NCBI RefSeq assembly: GCF_006345805.1
Contig: NW_021826569.1
Coordinates: forward strand, 1 to 12,506
Origin: Octopus sinensis
Lineage: Eukaryota
DNA: 12,506 nucleotides
Direction of reading: 5' to 3'
Notes under the pieces: generated by a model
Databases searched by the model: none
What the model saw: only the letters and a program-made list of their open reading frames with translations
Told to the model about the DNA's origin: nothing
Program-made: the position numbers and the translations under genes
Shown: positions 9,692 through 12,506 of the stretch, piece after piece
Numbering within the stretch: position 1 is the stretch's first letter
Layout of the letters: the number at the start of each line of letters is the position of its first letter

Positions 9692-9779
9692 CTTAATTCA
9701 AAACCTTTTTCCATTCATTTCTGTTTATGAAATTCTCTGTATGTAATTTTGCTTTCTTGGTGGTCAAGGCAAATGATGA

Positions 9780-11270
9780 CTGGCAAAGCAACAGTGCCCT
9801 AATGCTGACATTGGATACAATGACCTGATCTACAATAATGCGCTGATTGAAATCAAGGATGCCCTGCTCAGAATGGGTGGGGCAGCGTTGAACACATTCG
9901 GTTTGCCATCCTCATTGCGACAGGGCGTTAACACACTCCCACCAAAGTTACATCTGGACTTGTCGTATGACGCTGATGGCCTTGCAGAGTACCTGAGAGT
10001 AAATGGACCGAAATTGCTGCCTAATCAGAGGCTATGTACGAAACTGTCGTCAGTGCCATTGAAAAACAGGTGGGCAGCATTTTTTTCCTCAGTGCTGCTA
10101 GAGGTACCAGCAAATCCTTTGTAACACAATTAATACTTGATAATATTCATTGCAAGAAACAAATTGCACTAGCAGTTGCTTCCTCGGGAATCGCTGCTAC
10201 GCTATTGCCGGGAGGTAGGACGGTGCTCTCGGCATTCAGGCTGCCTTTACATTTGGTGAGGGCCGAGGTTCCTACTTGTAAGATTGGCAAAATTTCAGAG
10301 GAAGCTGAAGTTCTTAGTGCCATCTCATTGTATGGGATGAATGCACAATGACAAGTAAGGGTGCCCTTGAGGCACTGGACCGGTCACTGAAAGGTATTAG
10401 GGATTCTACAGCTTCTATGAGTGGTGTAACTCTATTGCTTTCAGGAGATTTCTGGCAAACACTTCCTGTCATCCGTAAAGGGAGCCAGGCTGACGAAGTG
10501 CGTGCATGCCTTAAGTCATCGACGTTGTGGCTCCAGGTTAAGACCTTAAGCCTAAGCACAAACATGTGTGCACACTTGCTTGGTGATAGCACGTCTGCAG
10601 CATTTGCTGAAGTCATTTTAACCCTTGGAGAAGGCAAGTTCCCAAGGAATTATAGGGGTAACATATCCATCTCTGAACTGTGCAACACTGTGGACAACCC
10701 TTCTGATCTTTCGGAAACAGTGTTCCCCAATCTGGAAAGTAATTATGCAGACATCAATTGGCTCAGTGAAAGAACCATCCTGGCCCCCAAAAACGTAGCT
10801 GTCAGGGCTATCAAGGACCAGCTCATAAGCCGAATTCCAGGTGAGGAGTGCATCTACAAATCAATTGACCAGATCTCTGACCCCCAAGACATTGTCAATT
10901 ACCCTATCGAGTTTCTCACCTCATTGGAGCCATCATGGCTTCCACTCACATTCTTAGGCTAAGGGTTGGATGCCCAATTATGCTAATTAGAAACTTGCTT
11001 CCGCCTAAACAGCGCAACAGGACCTGCTTAGTAATCAAGTCCCTGACGCCCCACTTGACTGAGGCCATCATTGTTACAGGATGCGGGAGGGGTGAAAATA
11101 TTTTAATTTCAAGGATGCAGCTTTATCCCTCAGGGTCAGACATGCCATTTAACCTCCACAGATCACAGTTCCCAGTGAGATCATGCTTCGCCATGTCCAT
11201 CAACAACTCCCAAGGCCAAACATTATTGGTGGCAGGCATCTATTTGGGGTTTTCCATTCAATCAGGATAA
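9780..11270 (+). pseudogene. PIF1-like SF1B helicase domain of a Helitron RepHel, frameshifted
   Basis: IYNNALIEI..MGG..FGLP, degraded Walker A FFLSAARGTSKSF, AVASSGIAATLLPGGRT, LIVWDECTM (Walker B), GDFWQTLPV, ILAPKN, VGCPIMLIRNL, QFPVRSCFAMSINNSQGQTL. Split over four frames; C-terminus truncated near 11250. Confidence 0.93.
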
Positions 11271-11276
11271 AAAATT

Positions 11277-11519
11277 GATGAACCAATTCCTTATAGGATT
11301 TCCTACTAAAATTGGCTACACCCCATTTTCAACCATAACTTTCACATATTTTGACATATTTTCCCCAAACTTGATGCCAGCATTACTTAGGACACATGGA
11401 ATCTTTGAATAATGTAAGTTCTCAAAAAAAAAAATAAACAATCGCTGAATAGAAATAATCGATAAACCAATTCCTTATGGGATTTCATAATCAAATTGCC
11501 TGCAACCCATTTTCAGCCA
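11277..11519. repeat. 59-bp direct repeat pair (11277-11335 and 11461-11519), 184-bp period
   Basis: Ungapped alignment, 50/59 identical by hand count. Confidence 0.9.
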
Positions 11520-11661
11520 AATGTATACCAATTCCAATGGATTTCACTCAAATTTGATGTTGGTGTCACTTATTTTGGTTTGAAATAAAGCGCTTGATCA
11601 CTTTATAATCCTAACTTAATTCCGGGCTATACTGCTAGTAAAATATATAATAAAATAACAT

Positions 11662-11784
11662 AAATAAGTAGGCAGAAATAATGAATGAATTAATTAATTA
11701 TGAATAAAAATAACCACATAAGCAAATTTATTTCACCTTTATATTTTTATTTATTCTTTACTCCTTATTTCTGCTTACTTATTT
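11662..11784. repeat. AT-rich inverted repeat with 20-bp arms
   Basis: AAATAAGTAGGCAGAAATAA (11662-11681) versus TTATTTCTGCTTACTTATTT (11765-11784), 19/20 complementary. Confidence 0.75.
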
Positions 11785-11876
11785 TCCTTATTTTATTTTA
11801 TTTATGTTTTATAAATACCAACAATGTTATCTATGTAAACATATACACATAATATAATCCATCTATGCATAGTAAA

Positions 11877-12157
11877 GGCACATGGCTTAGTGGTTAGGGC
11901 ATTCAGCTCATGATCATAAGATCATAAGTTCAATTCCTGGTGACGCATTGTTTCACGCATTGTTTCACGTTGCTCCAGTTCACTCAGCTGGCAAAAATGA
12001 GTAACACCTGTATGTCATGCTGAATCTCCCTGAGAACTACATTAAGGGTACACATGTCTGTGGAGTGCTCAGCCACTTGCACATTAATTTCATGAGCATG
12101 CTGTCCTGTTGATCATATCAGCTAGGACCTTTGTCATCATAACCAATGGAGTGCTCC
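11877..12157 (+). mobile_element. tRNA-derived SINE
   Basis: Pol III A box TGGCTTAGTGG (11883-11893) and B box GTTCAATTCC (11928-11937), then a non-tRNA body (TTGCTCCAGTTCACTCAGCTGGCAAAAATGAGT...) resembling octopus-type SINEs from memory. No cloverleaf or CCA. Confidence 0.82.
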
Positions 12158-12506
12158 TCAATGTAATCCATGTATGCATATACACACACAGATGTATACT
12201 TGTGCATGAATTACCACGTAAACTTTCCCTTTATTTCTAATTTTTATTCTTATCTTATTTATTCTATATTCATTATTTCTGCTGCCTTATTTAATTTTAT
12301 TACCAGCTGAAATACCTACTGTTGCCCAGGTTATTGGAAATAATGAAATTTAAAAATACCTTTTAGATCTCTAACTAAAATGAAACATGGATTATGCAGG
12401 TCTCAACAGTAATTAGCTGAGGTACAAACTATTAATGTCAATAACATGTTTTATCCATTTCACTGTTAGAACTGTTAAAGACCAGGTAGTTCTTTGTCTT
12501 TGCAAT

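Larger units (their letters stand above)
9273..11638 (+). mobile_element. Non-autonomous or decayed Helitron (5' boundary uncertain)
   Basis: Contains the PIF1-like helicase remnant and subterminal direct repeats on both sides. Ends CCGGGCTATACTGCTAG|T (CTAG 11635-11638, then T), which fits the Helitron CTRR 3' terminus and A|T target. No 5' TC terminus or Rep/HUH domain recognised. Confidence 0.7.

Noticed and set aside
9780-11270. Host PIF1 gene or a functional domesticated helicase
   Set aside because: Several frameshifts, a degraded Walker A, a truncated C-terminus, no evident introns and a Helitron-type 3' end indicate a dead TE remnant.
11877-11945. tRNA gene
   Set aside because: A and B boxes are present but there is no cloverleaf or terminator, and a SINE body follows.

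Overview
Eukaryotic (animal) repeat-dense intergenic or intronic DNA with no intact protein-coding gene. The repeat types resemble octopus/cephalopod genomes; that assignment is inference, not a database result. From 1 to about 7.6 kb, long imperfect (TACA/CA/TA)n arrays alternate with truncated, decayed transposon pieces: an L1/Tx1-like LINE RT fragment (+), two RTE-type 3' ends (-), Tc1 DD34E transposase remnants (-) and a fold-back mariner element. Next come a 5'-truncated RTE/RTEX-like LINE with a PHD-like finger inside its RT and a (GAT)n tail (7585-9272), a decayed Helitron with a PIF1-like helicase remnant and CTAG end (about 9273-11638), and a tRNA-derived SINE (11877-12157). Most ORFs in the supplied track are microsatellite translation artefacts. 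I found no evidence for a novel multi-gene system. The most notable observations concern how the TE fragments and the uniformly oriented microsatellite arrays are put together.
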